Notes: generated by a model not told the origin, from the sequence alone. 32,000 bases of DNA from Trichlorobacter lovleyi SZ (GCF_000020385.1 NC_010814.1:1290001-1322000), one strand, 5' to 3'. Positions 1-10,210 are shown, counted from the first letter of the stretch. A program made the numbers and translations.

Positions 1-220
1 TTTCCGGCGGACCGGCCAGCAGGAAACCACCGCCGGTACCGCGGAATGATTTTACAATGCCGGTTTTGCTGAACTGCTGAAATATCTTTGCCAGAAAGGT
101 CTGGGGGACATCCACGGCCACAGCGATTTCGCTGAGGAGTGAAATCTTGTTGGGTGGCTGACTTGCCAGATAAATGATGCCACGTATTGCGTAATCACCC
201 TTACGGGTCAGTTCCATCAT
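1..220 (-). CDS. Rrf2 family transcriptional regulator, N-terminal part (gene runs off the left edge)
   Basis: Not in the ORF track. The reverse complement from the ATG at 218-220 reads MMELTRKGDYAIRGIIYLASQPPNKISLLSEIAVAVDVPQTFLAKIFQQFSKTGIVKSFRGTGGGFLLAGPPE. This is a typical Rrf2/IscR/BadM winged-helix N-terminus. A GGAG lies just upstream on the minus strand. Confidence 0.8.
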   Translation of the reverse strand, partial: MMELTRKGDYAIRGIIYLASQPPNKISLLSEIAVAVDVPQTFLAKIFQQFSKTGIVKSFRGTGGGFLLAGPPE

Positions 221-251
221 AGGGGACTCCTAAAAGGACTTTGATGATCCC

Positions 252-281
252 TTTATACCGTGGTGGCAAAAGACTTGTCAA
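252..281 (-). promoter_or_regulatory. Putative sigma70 promoter for the Rrf2 gene
   Basis: The minus strand reads TTGACA (276-281), an 18-nt spacer, then TATAAA (252-257), about 30 nt upstream of the start codon. Confidence 0.4.
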
Positions 282-403
282 GTCCTGTTGCCTTCCCGGT
301 ATGATCCCCGTTGATTCCTTTATCGTGAAGAGCAGTATAGCACTCTTGTCTCACGTATGATGGCATGCAGACCCGTTTTTGAGGCAGGGCGTTGTCGTAA
401 CTG

Positions 404-1255
404 CTACGCGGCCTCCGGCTCAACGGTTTGACTCACTTTTTTCTTGCCGAAGAGCAGTGCCACCCAGACGCTGACCTCGTACATCAGATAGAGCGGGATC
501 ATGATCACAAACATGGTTACCAGGTCTGAGTGGAAGGCGGCCACAATCGAACTGGCCAGCAGGGCGTATTTACGTTTGGGAGCCAGAAACTGGTAGGAGA
601 CAATGCCGAAGCGTGCAAGCAGCAGAGTGATCACCGGCAGCTCGGCAATCAGGCCGAACAGCAGGATCAGACGCAGACAGAAATCAACATAGGCTGACAG
701 TGACAGCCAGCTGCGTAGTCCCTCGGTTTCGTAGGAAAGTGAAAAGTTGATAATGAAAGGCCAGATGGTGGTCAGAAAAAACATCGCACCGATACAGAAG
801 GCGATGGTGGCCACAGTGATAAACGGCACCACCAGCTTGCGTTCCTTGCGGGTCAGGCCGGGTGCGATGAAGGCCCAGATCTGGTGAAACACAATCGGTA
901 GCACCAGCACGAAGCCGGCAATCACCGAGATCTTGCACTGGATAAAGAATGGTTCAAGCGGAGCCGTGTAGTTGAGGGCATGCTGCTTCTTGGGCTTGTT
1001 CAGTTCTTTTTCAAGGTTTGCACGACCGTAGATGGCCGGATAGTTCTCTTTCAGGTAGAGATAGCCCTGCTGTTTGGCCGTATCCAGATAGGTGGTGCCG
1101 GTCAGCGGCTTTTCCATGAAAACCAGGATTTCGTCGGCCAGATTCCAGGCGAAACCCATGCCGATGATCACGGCCACCACGATGATGATCAGGCGTTTGC
1201 GTAACTCGACCAGATGCTCGATAAAGGGGAGAACTTTGGATGGCTCTTCAGACAT
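404..1255 (-). CDS. tatC: Twin-arginine translocase subunit TatC
   Basis: Polytopic membrane protein beginning MSEEPSKVLPFIEHLVELRKRLI, with TatC-like helices throughout. I chose the internal ATG at 1253-1255 because it has an AGGAG RBS. The longer ORF to 1312 overlaps the rnr stop region. Confidence 0.9.
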   Translation of the reverse strand: MSEEPSKVLPFIEHLVELRKRLIIIVVAVIIGMGFAWNLADEILVFMEKPLTGTTYLDTAKQQGYLYLKENYPAIYGRANLEKELNKPKKQHALNYTAPLEPFFIQCKISVIAGFVLVLPIVFHQIWAFIAPGLTRKERKLVVPFITVATIAFCIGAMFFLTTIWPFIINFSLSYETEGLRSWLSLSAYVDFCLRLILLFGLIAELPVITLLLARFGIVSYQFLAPKRKYALLASSIVAAFHSDLVTMFVIMIPLYLMYEVSVWVALLFGKKKVSQTVEPEAA

Positions 1256-1312
1256 GACTGCTCCTGTAGGTGGTAATCGGGCAAAACTAGCACAGGCGTT
1301 GCAAAGGCGCAA

Positions 1313-3583
1313 CTAACGCCGGCGATTTCCGTTGCCGGCGCCCTTCGGCACCGGACGCTTTCCCCTGATCGGAATGCGTGGATACTCCTCTGGGGCAGCC
1401 GGTTGTGCCGCAGCCACGTCCCTGCGGACTGTGCTGTGGCTTTCCAGTACAAACTCGATTCTGCGGGCCTGAGGATTGACCGCCACCACCCGTACCCGGA
1501 CAGGGTCGCCGATCCGCAAGGTGCGTCCGGAACGCCGGCCGATCAGTGCGTGGTTTTGTTCATCAAAGTTGTAGAGGTCGTCCGCCAGGGTGGAAATATG
1601 TACCAGTCCTTCCACAAAGACCTCGGACAGTTCTACGAAACAGCCGAAACCGGCCACCCCGGCGATAAAGCCGTCAAACTCCTGGCCGATCCTGCCCTGC
1701 ATGAACTGCAGTTTTTTCAGCTCGACAATATCCCGTTCTGCCTCCATGGCTACCCGTTCACGGGTGCTGGTATGCTCGGCCGCTTCGGAAAGGGTACTGC
1801 CTATCCGGTCCAGTTCGCGCTGTCCTTTTTTGCCCAGTGTCCCGGCTTTGCGCTCCAGTGCCAACCGGAGCAGACGGTGGACAATCAGGTCGGGATAGCG
1901 CCGGATCGGCGAGGTAAAGTGGGTGTAGCAGCTGGAGGCCAGGCCAAAGTGCTTCAGATTTTCAGCAGCATAGCGGGCCTGCTTCATGCAACGCAGCAGG
2001 CCGTAGTTAACCAGCCGCTCTTCCGGCTTACCCTCTGCATCGCTGATCAAGCGTTGCATGGCTGATGGCTCAACCCGATCCCCCTGCATCTCCAGAGTGA
2101 AGCCAAAGGGAAGGATAAAGTCACGGAAGGCGGTCAGCTTGGTTGGGTCAGGCGGCTCATGGACCCGGTAGATGAATGCCATCTCCTGCCCGGACACAAA
2201 GCGTGCTACGGCCTCGTTGGCAGCCAGCATGAACTCTTCAATCAGTTGGTGGGCCAGATTGCGCTCACTCTTGATGATCGCCTCGGTCTGGCCGGTCAGG
2301 CCGAGGATGATCTCCGGTTCCGGCAGGTCAAAGTCGATGCTGCCCCGTTGCCTGCGCATCGTCTGCAGAATCAGGGCCAGCTCTTTCATCTGCAACAGCA
2401 TCGGAGCCAGGCCGCGATCCTCTTCAAGTACCTTTTCATCGCCGTCGATGATGACCTGCTTGACCTTGGTATAGGTCAGGCGGGCATCGCTCTTGATCAC
2501 GCTGGAATAGAAGCTGGATTCAAGCATCCTGCCCTGTTGGTCAAAGAGCATCTCGGCGGTCATGGTCAGCCGGTCCAGGTGGGGATTCAGGGAGCAGATG
2601 CCGTTTGAGAGGCGTTCCGGCAGCATCGGGATGCAACGGTCCGGAAAGTAGACCGACGTGCCGCGCAGGTAGGCCTCGCGATCAAGCATGCTCCCCGGTT
2701 CAATGTAGTGTGAAACATCGGCAATGGATACCCAGAGCCGGAAATTATGACCTTCCTGCCGGATGGAAACGGCATCGTCAAAGTCTTTGGCCGTTTCTCC
2801 GTCAATGGTCACGGTGGGCAGCTTGCGCAGGTCAACCCGGTCCTTCAGATCGTTTTTGCCGACCTGAGAGGGGATTGCCTGGGCCTCTGCCAGCGTCTCC
2901 GGTTCAAAGGTGTGGGGCAGATCAAACTTGCGGATCACCGTCTGTACTTCAACATCAGGGTCGTCGGGCCAGCCCAGGATTTCAACCACTTTGCCTTCGG
3001 GCGGACGCCCCCCGACCGGCCAGGCGGTCACTTCAATCACCACCTGCTGCCCATCAACCGCGCCATTGACTGCATTGGCCGGTACGGTGAAGAAGGTGCC
3101 GATCCGCAACTCTTCCGGAACCACGGTTGCGCCACGCCTGCTTTGCTGCAGGCGCCCCACAATCCGGCTGTTGGCCCGTTCCAGTACGGCAACCACCCGG
3201 CCTTCCAGCTTGCCGCGCTGGGAGCGGCTCTTCTCGGCCCTGACCGATACCTTGTCACCATGCAGGGCGTTATTGATGTTCTTGCCCGGGATAAAGATGT
3301 CCTCGCCGCCGCTCTCAGGCTTGACAAAGCCGTACCCATCGCGGTGAATCGAGATGCTGCCCTGCACGGTGCCGCTGTTGTCGGCTCCCGGCAGGGTATA
3401 ACGGTTGCCCCGCAGACGCAGGATCTCGCCACTGCGTACCAGGTCATCCACAATCTGCTTGAGCTCGTTTTTGATATGGCGGCCGCCAAAGGCGCGGAGC
3501 AGTGAGGCAAAGTGCAGTGCCTCGGGTTCTTCAGCCAGCAGGTTCAGTATCTCTTTTTTGTGCAGGAGCATCGCAGAAACCAT
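1313..3583 (-). CDS. rnr: Ribonuclease R (RNB exoribonuclease with C-terminal S1 domain and basic tail)
   Basis: 756-aa ORF with the RNB catalytic region (TIDGETAKDFDDAVS, HFGLASSCYTHFTSPIRRYPDLIVHR), an S1-like domain (GFIAGVAGFGCFVEL) and a Lys/Arg-rich C-terminus. The start could be 3583 or the ATG at 3571. Confidence 0.92.
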   Translation of the reverse strand: MVSAMLLHKKEILNLLAEEPEALHFASLLRAFGGRHIKNELKQIVDDLVRSGEILRLRGNRYTLPGADNSGTVQGSISIHRDGYGFVKPESGGEDIFIPGKNINNALHGDKVSVRAEKSRSQRGKLEGRVVAVLERANSRIVGRLQQSRRGATVVPEELRIGTFFTVPANAVNGAVDGQQVVIEVTAWPVGGRPPEGKVVEILGWPDDPDVEVQTVIRKFDLPHTFEPETLAEAQAIPSQVGKNDLKDRVDLRKLPTVTIDGETAKDFDDAVSIRQEGHNFRLWVSIADVSHYIEPGSMLDREAYLRGTSVYFPDRCIPMLPERLSNGICSLNPHLDRLTMTAEMLFDQQGRMLESSFYSSVIKSDARLTYTKVKQVIIDGDEKVLEEDRGLAPMLLQMKELALILQTMRRQRGSIDFDLPEPEIILGLTGQTEAIIKSERNLAHQLIEEFMLAANEAVARFVSGQEMAFIYRVHEPPDPTKLTAFRDFILPFGFTLEMQGDRVEPSAMQRLISDAEGKPEERLVNYGLLRCMKQARYAAENLKHFGLASSCYTHFTSPIRRYPDLIVHRLLRLALERKAGTLGKKGQRELDRIGSTLSEAAEHTSTRERVAMEAERDIVELKKLQFMQGRIGQEFDGFIAGVAGFGCFVELSEVFVEGLVHISTLADDLYNFDEQNHALIGRRSGRTLRIGDPVRVRVVAVNPQARRIEFVLESHSTVRRDVAAAQPAAPEEYPRIPIRGKRPVPKGAGNGNRRR

Positions 3584-3620
3584 TTCCTTTAGGGTGAATC
3601 TATGGTTGATTGAACAGGAA

Positions 3621-3649
3621 AAGGGGTTAGCTGTATGAGCTAACCCCTT
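3621..3649 (-). terminator. Stem-loop between tRNA-Cys and rnr (possible bidirectional intrinsic terminator)
   Basis: An 11-bp perfect stem, AAGGGGTTAGC / GCTAACCCCTT, with a 7-nt loop. T-rich sequence flanks it on both strands. Confidence 0.5.
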
Positions 3650-3655
3650 TTATAT

Positions 3656-3730
<75 letters not shown>

Positions 3731-3784
3731 GATTCAACTTTGAAGAATTGACTTTATACATAATATCCTGCGTGACTGTCAAGG

Positions 3785-4159
3785 TTATTTGAATTTAATC
3801 GCTACACCGGCAGCCCGGTACTCTGTAGCAGGAAAAGCAGGGAACATGACAATGGTTATTTGACGGCTGTCAATCTCAGGCAGGATCAGTGCGTCTGCTC
3901 CCATCTTCCGGGCCTCTTCCCGTAGCGCTGCGAGCCCCCATTCCTGCAAGCTGGGACTGAGGCTGTAATCAGTAAAATAGACCTCGCGGATGATCTGGAT
4001 TCTGCCCATTTTTTCGTACGGGCGCAGGAGTTCATCCTGGGCCAGCACTGGCGGCAGATCCTGATTGGATGGTCCGGTTGTAGGGATGGCTGAGCAACCG
4101 GTGAATAGTGCCAGCAGGAGTATCATACTACAGGTTCGCAGAAAGCTGACGGTTGTCAT
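3785..4159 (-). CDS. Small lipoprotein, function unknown
   Basis: The start at 4157-4159 is preceded by GGAGG. The signal peptide has a lipobox (LLLALFTGC|S). The ORF-track N-terminal extension to 4228 lacks an RBS. Confidence 0.6.
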   Translation of the reverse strand: MTTVSFLRTCSMILLLALFTGCSAIPTTGPSNQDLPPVLAQDELLRPYEKMGRIQIIREVYFTDYSLSPSLQEWGLAALREEARKMGADALILPEIDSRQITIVMFPAFPATEYRAAGVAIKFK

Positions 4160-4328
4160 GACCCGGTTCCTCCGTTGTCTGGATTGCTGGTTGAGAGTAG
4201 CAGGATGCTTGCGGACTGTCCAGTACACAGCAGCAGCATTTTCACTCTGGACAGGTAGTATTCACCATGTTAAAAAAACGGATTCTGTCGTGGTGCAGAT
4301 ATAGATTTCATGGTGAAGGAGTAGGGAC

Positions 4329-5072
4329 ATGTCGGGCCATAATAAATGGAGTACCATCAAGCACAAAAAAGGGGCCGCTGATGCCAAGCGCGGCAAGATC
4401 TTTACCAAGATCATCAAGGAAATCTCCGTTGCGGCCAAGCTCGGCGGCGGCGACCCGGCTGCAAACCCTCGCCTGAGAACGGCTATTGATAAGGCCAAGG
4501 GCGAAAATATGCCCAAGGACAATATTGAACGTGCCATTAAAAAAGGTACCGGTGGTATGGAAGGGGTTGTCTACGAGGAGATCGTGTATGAGGGCTACGG
4601 TCCCGGCGGCGTGGCGGTGCTGGTTGAGGTGATGACTGATAACCGTAACCGTACGGTTTCTGAAGTGCGCAGTATCTTTACCAAGTGCAACGGTAACATG
4701 GGTGAAGCCGGCTGTGTAGCCTGGATGTTTGATAAGAAAGGTGTGATCAGCTACGACACCTCTCTGGATTTTGATCAGCTGTTCGAGGCGGCCCTTGAGG
4801 CTGGTGCCGAGGATGTGGTTGAAGAGGATGAGCAGATTGAGGTGTACACGGAACCGTCCAGCTTCATTGAGGTGCGCGATGCGCTTGAGGCAAAAGGCTT
4901 CAAGTTCCAGAGTGCGGAGATCACCATGATCCCTCAGACTCAGGTGGCCCTTGAGGGCAAGCAGGCTGAAAGCATGTTGAAGATGATGGACCGGCTTGAA
5001 GATTGCGATGATGTCCAGAATGTGTATGCAAACTTTGATATCTCGGCGGATGAGATGGAAAAGATGATGTAA
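4329..5072 (+). CDS. yebC: YebC/PmpR family DNA-binding transcriptional regulator
   Basis: The N-terminus [32 protein letters not shown] is the hallmark of the family. GAAGGAG RBS. Confidence 0.92.
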   Translation: MSGHNKWSTIKHKKGAADAKRGKIFTKIIKEISVAAKLGGGDPAANPRLRTAIDKAKGENMPKDNIERAIKKGTGGMEGVVYEEIVYEGYGPGGVAVLVEVMTDNRNRTVSEVRSIFTKCNGNMGEAGCVAWMFDKKGVISYDTSLDFDQLFEAALEAGAEDVVEEDEQIEVYTEPSSFIEVRDALEAKGFKFQSAEITMIPQTQVALEGKQAESMLKMMDRLEDCDDVQNVYANFDISADEMEKMM

Positions 5073-5078
5073 CCGAAA

Positions 5079-5101
5079 GGGGGCCCGAGGCTCCCTTTTT
5101 T
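5079..5101 (+). terminator. Putative intrinsic terminator after yebC
   Basis: GGGGGCC-CGA-GGCTCCC stem (one G-U pair) followed by TTTTTT. Confidence 0.5.
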
Positions 5102-5115
5102 GCATGGAGGCGGGC

Positions 5116-5583
5116 ATGGAAAAGGCAACCTTTGCAGCAGGCTGTTTCTGGGGTGTTGAAGAGGCGTTTTACGATGAAGCGGGTGTTGTTGCCACCAGGG
5201 TGGGCTATACCGGCGGCACGCTTGAGAATCCGACCTACCAGCAGGTATGCAGCGGTACCAGCGGTCATGCCGAGGCGGTTGAGGTGAGTTTCGATCCTGC
5301 CAAAATCAGTTATGACCGGCTGCTGAAGATCTTCTGGCAGGCCCACGATCCAACCCAGCTGAACCGGCAGGGGCCGGATGTCGGTAGTCAGTACCGTTCA
5401 GCCATTTTCTACCATTCGGAAGAACAACGCCTTCAGGCTGAATCATCCCGTGAGGCTGTCGATCATTCCGGTCGCTATCAACGTTCAGTTGTCACCGAGG
5501 TTGTACCGGCAGGTACCTTTTGGCAGGCTGAAGAGTATCACCAGCAGTATCACCGGAAAAACGGCGGAGGCTGCGGTTTTTAG
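5116..5583 (+). CDS. msrA: Peptide-methionine (S)-S-oxide reductase MsrA
   Basis: GCFWGVEE catalytic motif, then [22 protein letters not shown] and YHQQY. The ATG at 5116 lies 5 nt after GGAGG. The upstream ATG at 5104 is possible. Confidence 0.9.
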   Translation: MEKATFAAGCFWGVEEAFYDEAGVVATRVGYTGGTLENPTYQQVCSGTSGHAEAVEVSFDPAKISYDRLLKIFWQAHDPTQLNRQGPDVGSQYRSAIFYHSEEQRLQAESSREAVDHSGRYQRSVVTEVVPAGTFWQAEEYHQQYHRKNGGGCGF

Positions 5584-6119
5584 TGCGTGTCCTTGGAATC
5601 GACCCAGGTTCACGCATCACCGGTTACGGTTTGGTGGAACAGCATGGTAGCCGCCTTGTGCACCTTGACAACGGAGCCGTCTTTACCGATAAGGCGAAGG
5701 ATTTTCCTGATCGTCTGCGTCTGATCTTTGAAGGGCTGAGCAGGGTCATTGCAGAATACGCACCCGATGCGGTGGCGGTTGAGGATGTCTATGTCTCTGA
5801 AAACGTCCGTGCGGCCCTGAAGCTGGGACAGGCCCGGGGCGCTGCCATCGCTGCAGCGGTTCACGCCGGGCTGCCGGTTTTTGAGTACACGGCCTCACAG
5901 GTGAAGCAGGCGGTGGTGGGGCAGGGCAGGGCAGGTAAGGAGCAGGTCCAGAAGATGGTTAAAGCACTTTTAGGCCTGCCTGAGATTGCCCAGGCTGATG
6001 CATCCGATGCCGTTGCCGTTGCAATCTGTCATATCAATTCATATCAGTTGCGTCTGCAGGCCGGCCCTGCGGTGGCAACATCCCGTCGTGCCAGTTCCTG
6101 GAGGAACTACCGTCCATGA
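5583..6119 (+). CDS. ruvC: Crossover junction endodeoxyribonuclease RuvC
   Basis: (GTG)[16 protein letters not shown] and [11 protein letters not shown] motifs. The GTG start overlaps the msrA stop codon. Confidence 0.92.
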   Translation: MRVLGIDPGSRITGYGLVEQHGSRLVHLDNGAVFTDKAKDFPDRLRLIFEGLSRVIAEYAPDAVAVEDVYVSENVRAALKLGQARGAAIAAAVHAGLPVFEYTASQVKQAVVGQGRAGKEQVQKMVKALLGLPEIAQADASDAVAVAICHINSYQLRLQAGPAVATSRRASSWRNYRP

Positions 6120-6718
6120 TTGCTCTTTTAACCGGTCAGATAGCCCACAAGTCACCGGACCATGTCATCCTTGATGTTCACGGGGTCGGCTACCGGGTCA
6201 TGATCCCTTTCTCCACCTACTATGAGCTGCCTGAAGAGGGGCAGGCCACCCTGCATATCCACACCAGTGTGCGGGAGGATGCCATCCTGCTTTACGGCTT
6301 TCGTACCCGCACGGAAAAGTCTTTTTTCCAGTTGCTGATCTCGGTCTCCGGCATCGGTCCCAAGCTGGCTCGGGACATCCTTTCAAATATCCAGCCACCT
6401 CAGCTGGCTGCTGCCTTGCAACAGGGTGATCTGCACAAACTGTCCGCCATTCCCGGCATCGGCAAGAAGACTGCTGAACGTCTGGTGCTGGAGTTGAAGG
6501 ACAAGGCAGGCAAGCTGGATAGCGGCAGCATCCCGGCGGGTGACGCGGTGGGACGGTCACTGCCTGCAGGCAGTGTCCTGGACGATGTTTCTTCTGCGCT
6601 GGTAAATTTGGGGTACAAGGATCCGCAGGTCAGGAAGGTGCTGGCCGAGCTTGATTGTGCAGGATCGGCTTCTGTTGAAGAGGTTCTGAAACAGGCGTTG
6701 AAGATTCTGATGAAATAG
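6116..6718 (+). CDS. ruvA: Holliday junction branch migration complex subunit RuvA
   Basis: [21 protein letters not shown], a helix-hairpin-helix region ([19 protein letters not shown]) and a C-terminal domain III. ATGA overlap with ruvC. Confidence 0.92.
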   Translation: MIALLTGQIAHKSPDHVILDVHGVGYRVMIPFSTYYELPEEGQATLHIHTSVREDAILLYGFRTRTEKSFFQLLISVSGIGPKLARDILSNIQPPQLAAALQQGDLHKLSAIPGIGKKTAERLVLELKDKAGKLDSGSIPAGDAVGRSLPAGSVLDDVSSALVNLGYKDPQVRKVLAELDCAGSASVEEVLKQALKILMK

Positions 6719-6848
6719 TTCCCGGTATCATTTCAAGGAGCAATCTACGGCGGTTCGTCTCCGGCCGCTCAGCGTACTGCCACAGTATTCCGGTGTTGCC
6801 GAATTCCTTGAGATCCTGCTGTCTATACTGAACCGGAATCAAAACAAA

Positions 6849-6874
6849 ACGGAGAGGCATACCTGCCTCTCCGT
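6849..6874. terminator. Bidirectional intrinsic terminator between convergent ruvA and the 6908-7744 gene
   Basis: ACGGAGAGGCA-TACC-TGCCTCTCCGT stem-loop flanked by A-runs and T-runs on both sides. Confidence 0.65.
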
Positions 6875-6907
6875 TTTGTGCGTAATACTGACTGCAGCCG
6901 ATGACAG

Positions 6908-7744
6908 CTACTCCAGCAGCATTGCGTTGACCCGGGCCCTGACCTTCATTCCCTCCTTAACGGAAGCGCCGCCTTTTTCAAAATAGCGGCCTGAGATACT
7001 GCCATCCTCAATCTGCAATTCCCCCAGGCTGGCCAGCACCTGATTGTTGTCATCAATTACTTCAATGGCCTGCTGTTTTTTGGGTACCTTGCGCAGTTTT
7101 GAGGTGTTGATCTGCACGTAGGCGATCCTGCCGTTAATCCGGCTGACACTGCCTATCTCGTAGCTGGGATTGAAGCCCATGCCCAGACGGTCTGCAGCAG
7201 CCCTGAAGCCAATGGTGACGGCGCGTTTGAAGAACTCCTGCTTCTTCTCGGCCACCATGACCTCACGCTTGGGAATCTTGCTTTCCAGCTTGCGGTCATC
7301 GCTGTACGACTTGACCAGTTCAATCTGTCCCTTGGCATTCATCAGCTTGACATCAAGTCTGACCCGGGCCTTGAAGGTAACCAGCTTGCGGGTCGGGTCC
7401 ATATTCATGGGAGACTCAAAGGAGTTGAGGCTCTCGATCCGTGGTTCAATGATGTAGGTCTCCTGATCGGAGGCGTTCATCAGCACCTTGGTGAAACGCT
7501 TGGTATTGGCCAGCTGGGCCTGGATGTCGTTCATCAGTTCGTCGGTCATCTCAGGCGGGAGTTGATGGGTAAACTTTGCACCAAGATCCTGTCTCAGGCC
7601 GATTGCATCAAGGTTAACCGGTTCCAGAGCCTGGGTCGTTACCTGCTGCGCCTCAGTAACATAGACAGTCTGGGGGGCCGTCGCACAACCAAAGGCAAGC
7701 AGGCTGAGCAGGCAGAACCCCGTATAACGTAGATAGCGATTCAT
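6908..7744 (-). CDS. Lipoprotein, last gene of the envelope cluster. Weak resemblance to the TolB-N/CsgG/FlgT-middle module plus a C-terminal small beta domain.
   Basis: AAGGAG RBS and a lipobox (LLAFGC|A). The motif MTDELMNDIQAQLANTKRFTKVL resembles the helix-strand signature of the CsgG/LpoB/FlgT_M fold. Family assignment is by eye only. Confidence 0.7.
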   Translation of the reverse strand: MNRYLRYTGFCLLSLLAFGCATAPQTVYVTEAQQVTTQALEPVNLDAIGLRQDLGAKFTHQLPPEMTDELMNDIQAQLANTKRFTKVLMNASDQETYIIEPRIESLNSFESPMNMDPTRKLVTFKARVRLDVKLMNAKGQIELVKSYSDDRKLESKIPKREVMVAEKKQEFFKRAVTIGFRAAADRLGMGFNPSYEIGSVSRINGRIAYVQINTSKLRKVPKKQQAIEVIDDNNQVLASLGELQIEDGSISGRYFEKGGASVKEGMKVRARVNAMLLE

Positions 7745-7777
7745 GGCATACTCCTTGATTGAAAGTTCTCCGGCCCC

Positions 7778-9049
7778 CTACTGTAGGCGGTCGAGGGCTG
7801 CCAGTTGGGTCATGTCGTCCGAAGCCGGGAACATGGCCGCAATCAACTCCATTTTCTTAGCTTCCTGATCACTGAACTCAACCTGCTCTCCGGCAAAAGC
7901 CAGCATCAGCTTTGGTTCCAGCTGCTGCATCGCCGCCTCTGCCAGTTCAATCCTGCGCAGGGCCTCTTTGGTTTTCTGTTCTGCAGCCGGGTCATCGTCC
8001 TTGATCTGGTACTTGCCTTTGATCTGCTGGTACATGGTCTTGTAGACCGTGTACTGCAGTCCCAGATTGTCCTTGTAGATGCCGAGCGAGCCCAGCACCA
8101 TCTTGATCCGGGGGAAGAGCATGGCTGCGTTGTAGACGCCGCGTATCCTACTGAATTCCTTGTTGATGTTGGGGAAGGCGCGGATGCCGTTCACCACGGC
8201 GCAACCGATCTTCACCATTGAAGCCATGGTAAAGTCAGCACCTGCCACGGAAGCAGAGTAGACCTTGTTGGCCAGCTTGCCGTAGTTTTTCTCCATGGTG
8301 GCCATATCTTCTGTTTTTTCCTTCAACGCAGCCGTTATGGCATCATCTTTCAGGCTGGGATCTTTACAGGCAGCCTTTTTGACCTCTTCGCCCACTTCAG
8401 CGCTTGCTTTACGCAGGAATGCATCACACTGGGTATAGCCTCGTGCATTTAAGGCAATTTCTGCCTCCAGCTGAAGCATCTCTTTCTTGTTGTTGGTGAC
8501 GACTGCATAGGCCATCAGGGGGTTGCGATAGACGTATTCGTTGACAGTATCCGGCAGTTTGCGGGGACCAAGCTCCCGGAAATAGACGTCCTGGGTCTGG
8601 TTCTTGAAGAAGGCGACATCCCCCTTATCCACATGCTTGTCCAGCAGCTTTTCTCTGTCTTTCAGAAAAATGTAGAGGGCGCTGGTGGGGCGTGGCCAGC
8701 CGGTGGCCGGGTCAATCTCGGTGGCCAGGGTGATTCCCTGGGATGAGGCAAAGGCGGAGAGCCCCATCTTGAACAGGGCGCCCCCGGAGGGGACGCCGTA
8801 GAGATCCTTGGGCCAGGTATCCTGTTCAGACAGGGGGGACTGCAACAGGACCCGGTTGGAAAGCTTGATTGAGATGGCTGCTGATTCAAAGGAGTCCAGG
8901 GCGGCCATGACGGTCGGGTTCATGGATTCTGCCCCGCATTCAATGGCAGACATGCCGGTGGCACAGCCGGACAGGTTGCCGGTCGCAAGCGCCAGCAGAC
9001 CGGACAGAACCAGGTATTTCAGATAACGCAGATGTGACGATAGCTTCAT
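7778..9049 (-). CDS. Lipoprotein of unknown family (423 aa)
   Basis: GAGGAGGG RBS and a signal peptide with lipobox (NLSGC|A). Mixed, largely helical-looking sequence. I recognise no motif. Confidence 0.7.
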   Translation of the reverse strand: MKLSSHLRYLKYLVLSGLLALATGNLSGCATGMSAIECGAESMNPTVMAALDSFESAAISIKLSNRVLLQSPLSEQDTWPKDLYGVPSGGALFKMGLSAFASSQGITLATEIDPATGWPRPTSALYIFLKDREKLLDKHVDKGDVAFFKNQTQDVYFRELGPRKLPDTVNEYVYRNPLMAYAVVTNNKKEMLQLEAEIALNARGYTQCDAFLRKASAEVGEEVKKAACKDPSLKDDAITAALKEKTEDMATMEKNYGKLANKVYSASVAGADFTMASMVKIGCAVVNGIRAFPNINKEFSRIRGVYNAAMLFPRIKMVLGSLGIYKDNLGLQYTVYKTMYQQIKGKYQIKDDDPAAEQKTKEALRRIELAEAAMQQLEPKLMLAFAGEQVEFSDQEAKKMELIAAMFPASDDMTQLAALDRLQ

Positions 9050-9085
9050 AAAACAGCACCCTCCTCAATTAAGGTTGATTCATTC

Positions 9086-10210
9086 CTATTTGAAAACCAC
9101 CTTGTTGCCCTGAATTTCAGGATTCCAGCGTTTCAGTTGCGCGTCTTTTTCAAAGTTGTCCATCAACAGGTCAACCAGATCACTGATCTTACCGGCGTAG
9201 TAGAGGTCAACCACCATGTCGCCTTTGCCGCGGTTCTTCTGACTGACATTCTTCAATCCCTTGATGTCCTCACCGAGCAGTTTGAGCAGTTTCCGCTCCA
9301 GGCGGTACTCGCCCCGTGTCGGCAGTACCAGTTCGAAACGGGCACCACGGCGTTCCTGGGTCAGGGTCTTGGTGTTAAGGGCATTAACAACCTCACTGGC
9401 AAACTTCTTGCCGCCGGCAATGGCAGCCAGGCGAATGGCAGCCTTGGCTTCATCCTTGGAGGCACGGGCAGCACCATCCGGGTTGCCTTCCCACATCAGG
9501 TCGCGGCTGGCCAGGCTGACGGTCTTGCCGGTCATCATGGCGCGGTAGACATAGGCCGAACCGCTGGGAGCAACACTGACATCCACCTTGCCCAGCACCA
9601 GCCACTCGCCTTTATCTGCCAGCTGGTCAGCAATCTTGTTGATATGCTTGACCATCTTGTTGTAGTCAGCCTCCTCGGTCAGTGCCTGGTTGACTGCTTC
9701 GTCATCGGAGTCAATCACGGTGTACTCGGCAGCGGTCAGGCTGCGGCGGACCTCGGCCCGGACGTTGTCAAGAATCATCGGGGCATCACCGGTATCCATC
9801 TTGCCGGGGATGATCATGACCACGATCCGGCGCTCTTCATTTTTGCCGGTAACCGCACCCTGGCGCTTCAGGTAGGCCCGTACCGCTTCTTCGTTGATGG
9901 TGATCCTGATCTTGGCTTTCAGCTCTTTGGAAAACATCCCTTCAACGCTGCTCTCAAGGATTTCAAGATCTTTGATGTATTTTTCGTCGCCGGTCAGGTT
10001 GAGGGTGGCGGCCCTGTCCGGATAGACATCACGCAGGTAGTGCTCAAGCGCCTGTTCACGACCGCGCTGTTCGGCCTTTTTACGAGCCGTGTATTCGTCG
10101 TCATCCACCTTGACGGTGACAATTTCGGTATAGGTGCGTACTTCGGCAGCAGCCAGAAGCGGCAGCAACACCAGTCCCAATGTGATCATGATCAGCAGAA
10201 TGCGTTTCAT
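9086..10210 (-). CDS. Exported protein, a divergent relative of the three tandem paralogs (LPP20/FlgT-N-like N-terminal module plus TolB-N-like middle module)
   Basis: AAGGAGG RBS and a signal peptide (LLPLLAAAEV). N-terminal ARKKAEQRGREQALEHYLR, and middle RRIVVMIIPG..VRAEVRRSLTAAEYTVIDSDD. Length and layout are similar to the neighbouring paralogs. Confidence 0.7.
   Translation of the reverse strand: MKRILLIMITLGLVLLPLLAAAEVRTYTEIVTVKVDDDEYTARKKAEQRGREQALEHYLRDVYPDRAATLNLTGDEKYIKDLEILESSVEGMFSKELKAKIRITINEEAVRAYLKRQGAVTGKNEERRIVVMIIPGKMDTGDAPMILDNVRAEVRRSLTAAEYTVIDSDDEAVNQALTEEADYNKMVKHINKIADQLADKGEWLVLGKVDVSVAPSGSAYVYRAMMTGKTVSLASRDLMWEGNPDGAARASKDEAKAAIRLAAIAGGKKFASEVVNALNTKTLTQERRGARFELVLPTRGEYRLERKLLKLLGEDIKGLKNVSQKNRGKGDMVVDLYYAGKISDLVDLLMDNFEKDAQLKRWNPEIQGNKVVFK

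Noticed and set aside
4308-5117. A 269-aa minus-strand ORF opposite yebC
   Set aside because: The plus-strand product is an unmistakable YebC family protein, so the antisense frame is a compositional artefact.
6630-6860. A 76-aa minus-strand ORF in the ruvA 3' region
   Set aside because: Its start codon lies inside the terminator hairpin and most of it overlaps ruvA antisense. It has no RBS.
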